DNA of 26,648 nucleotides from a virus (Duplodnaviria; Heunggongvirae; Uroviricota; Caudoviricetes): IMG/VR virus record IMGVR_UViG_2531839149_000016; one strand, 5' to 3'. Shown piece by piece: positions 25,365 to 26,648 of this stretch (position 1 is its first letter; each line of letters starts with the position of its first letter). The notes under the pieces were generated by a model. It saw only the letters and a program-made list of their open reading frames with translations, ran no database searches and was not told where the DNA came from. The position numbers and the translations under genes were made by a program.

Positions 25365-26648
25365 ATGGATTTCCAGTTATATTCGCTCGGCGCAGCGTTA
25401 GTGTTTCATGAAATATTTTTTCCTGAATCATCAACGGCAATGGCGTTAATTTTGGCAATGGGAACCTACGGTGCAGGTTATGTGGCGCGTATTGTCGGAG
25501 CATTTATTTTCGGCAAAATGGGCGACAGAATAGGGCGTAAAAAAGTGCTCTTTATTACCATCACCATGATGGGGATCTGTACTACCTTAATTGGTGTGTT
25601 ACCGACCTATGCACAGATTGGTGTTTTTGCCCCCATCTTGCTGGTGACGCTGCGTATTATTCAGGGGTTGGGTGCAGGTGCGGAAATTTCCGGTGCCGGT
25701 ACGATGCTGGCGGAATATGCACCAAAAGGTAAGCGCGGAATTATCTCCTCATTTGTAGCTATGGGAACTAACTGCGGAACCTTGAGCGCAACGGCAATCT
25801 GGGCCTTTATGTTCTTCATTCTCAGTAAAGAGGAACTGCTGGCGTGGGGATGGCGTATACCGTTCCTGGCGAGCGTTGTCGTGATGGTCTTTGCTATCTG
25901 GTTACGTATGAATCTGAAAGAAAGCCCGGTCTTTGAGAAGGTTAATGACAGCAACCAACCCACAGCAAAACCTGCACCTGCTGGTAGCATGTTCCAGAGC
26001 AAATCCTTCTGGCTGGCAACAGGGCTGCGTTTTGGTCAGGCGGGTAACTCCGGGTTAATTCAGACTTTCCTTGCAGGCTATTTAGTGCAGACGTTATTGT
26101 TTAACAAAGCAATTCCAACAGATGCATTGATGATTAGTTCGATTCTCGGCTTTATGACCATTCCGTTCCTTGGTTGGTTATCCGATAAAATTGGTCGCCG
26201 GATCCCGTATATTATTATGAATACCTCCGCGATTGTGCTGGCATGGCCAATGCTTTCTATCATTGTAGATAAAAGCTATGCCCCGAGCACCATTATGGTT
26301 GCACTGATTGTGATTCATAACTGTGCGGTGCTGGGATTATTTGCTCTGGAAAACATTACCATGGCAGAAATGTTCGGCTGTAAAAACCGCTTTACCCGGA
26401 TGGCTATTTCTAAAGAAATTAGTGGTCTTATCGCTTCCGGTTTTGGTCCTATCCTGGCGGGGATTTTCTGCACCATGACGGAATCCTGGTATCCGATCGC
26501 CATTATGATCATGGCATATTCAGTAATTGGTTTAATCTCTGCGCTGAAAATGCCAGAGGTGAAAGACCGTGATTTAAGTGCGCTGGAAGACGCTGCGGAA
26601 GATCAACCGCGTGTTGTAAGAGCTGCGCAACCTTCCAGAAGTCTGTAA
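25365..26648 (+). CDS. ydfJ: MHS-family major-facilitator transporter, 5'-truncated (YdfJ-like)
   Basis: 427-aa ORF with MFS/MHS signatures (…GDRIGRKKVLFITITMMG…RIIQGLGAGAEISGAGTMLAEYAPKGKRG…); starts inside the conserved WYDF-QLY segment and is preceded by an in-frame stop, so the first TM helix is missing; in E. coli K-12 ydfJ is, as I recall, truncated in the same way at the edge of prophage Qin. Confidence 0.85.
   Translation: MDFQLYSLGAALVFHEIFFPESSTAMALILAMGTYGAGYVARIVGAFIFGKMGDRIGRKKVLFITITMMGICTTLIGVLPTYAQIGVFAPILLVTLRIIQGLGAGAEISGAGTMLAEYAPKGKRGIISSFVAMGTNCGTLSATAIWAFMFFILSKEELLAWGWRIPFLASVVVMVFAIWLRMNLKESPVFEKVNDSNQPTAKPAPAGSMFQSKSFWLATGLRFGQAGNSGLIQTFLAGYLVQTLLFNKAIPTDALMISSILGFMTIPFLGWLSDKIGRRIPYIIMNTSAIVLAWPMLSIIVDKSYAPSTIMVALIVIHNCAVLGLFALENITMAEMFGCKNRFTRMAISKEISGLIASGFGPILAGIFCTMTESWYPIAIMIMAYSVIGLISALKMPEVKDRDLSALEDAAEDQPRVVRAAQPSRSL

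Noticed and set aside
23600-25400. Search for an attR copy of the lambda att core (GCTTTTTTATACTAA) near the right end
   Set aside because: No second copy of the core was found by eye anywhere right of attL, so I did not annotate an attR; the right boundary is instead a truncated MFS gene.

Overview
This window is a defective, mosaic lambdoid prophage of about 24 kb integrated at the lambda attachment site next to host ybhC (1..1284). The left end is a canonical lambda attL (core GCTTTTTTATACTAA at 1331-1345, then the P' arm) with intact lambda-type int and xis. Rightwards follow: early-left genes on the minus strand (orf61/63/60a-like, exo, bet, gam, a kil-position ORF); a non-lambda immunity region (pL candidate, S24-type cI repressor, Cro/YdaS-like, YdaT-like); and, in the slot that rexAB occupies in lambda, a two-gene operon encoding a small HipA/protein-kinase-like protein and a DUF3037 protein, which is my best candidate for an uncharacterised lysogen-expressed system. 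Then come an O-like initiator with five ori iterons but split by an in-frame TAA, lambda-type P and ren, a low-GC lipoprotein moron, a DLP12-like nin region (ybcN/ninE/ybcO/rusA/ylcG) with Q, a cargo segment after Q (Blc-like lipocalin, TudS-DUF1722 RudS-like protein, AraC-family regulator), a phage-21-type lysis cassette, cos and nu1. All head and tail genes are missing: nu1 is fused near its 3' end to the 3' end of a tail-fibre gene, followed by degenerate tfa 3' remnants, AT-rich DNA and a 5'-truncated MHS-family MFS transporter gene (ydfJ-like) at the right edge. No rRNA, tRNA or CRISPR array was seen. All homology calls rest on reading the translations and on remembered family features; no database search was run.
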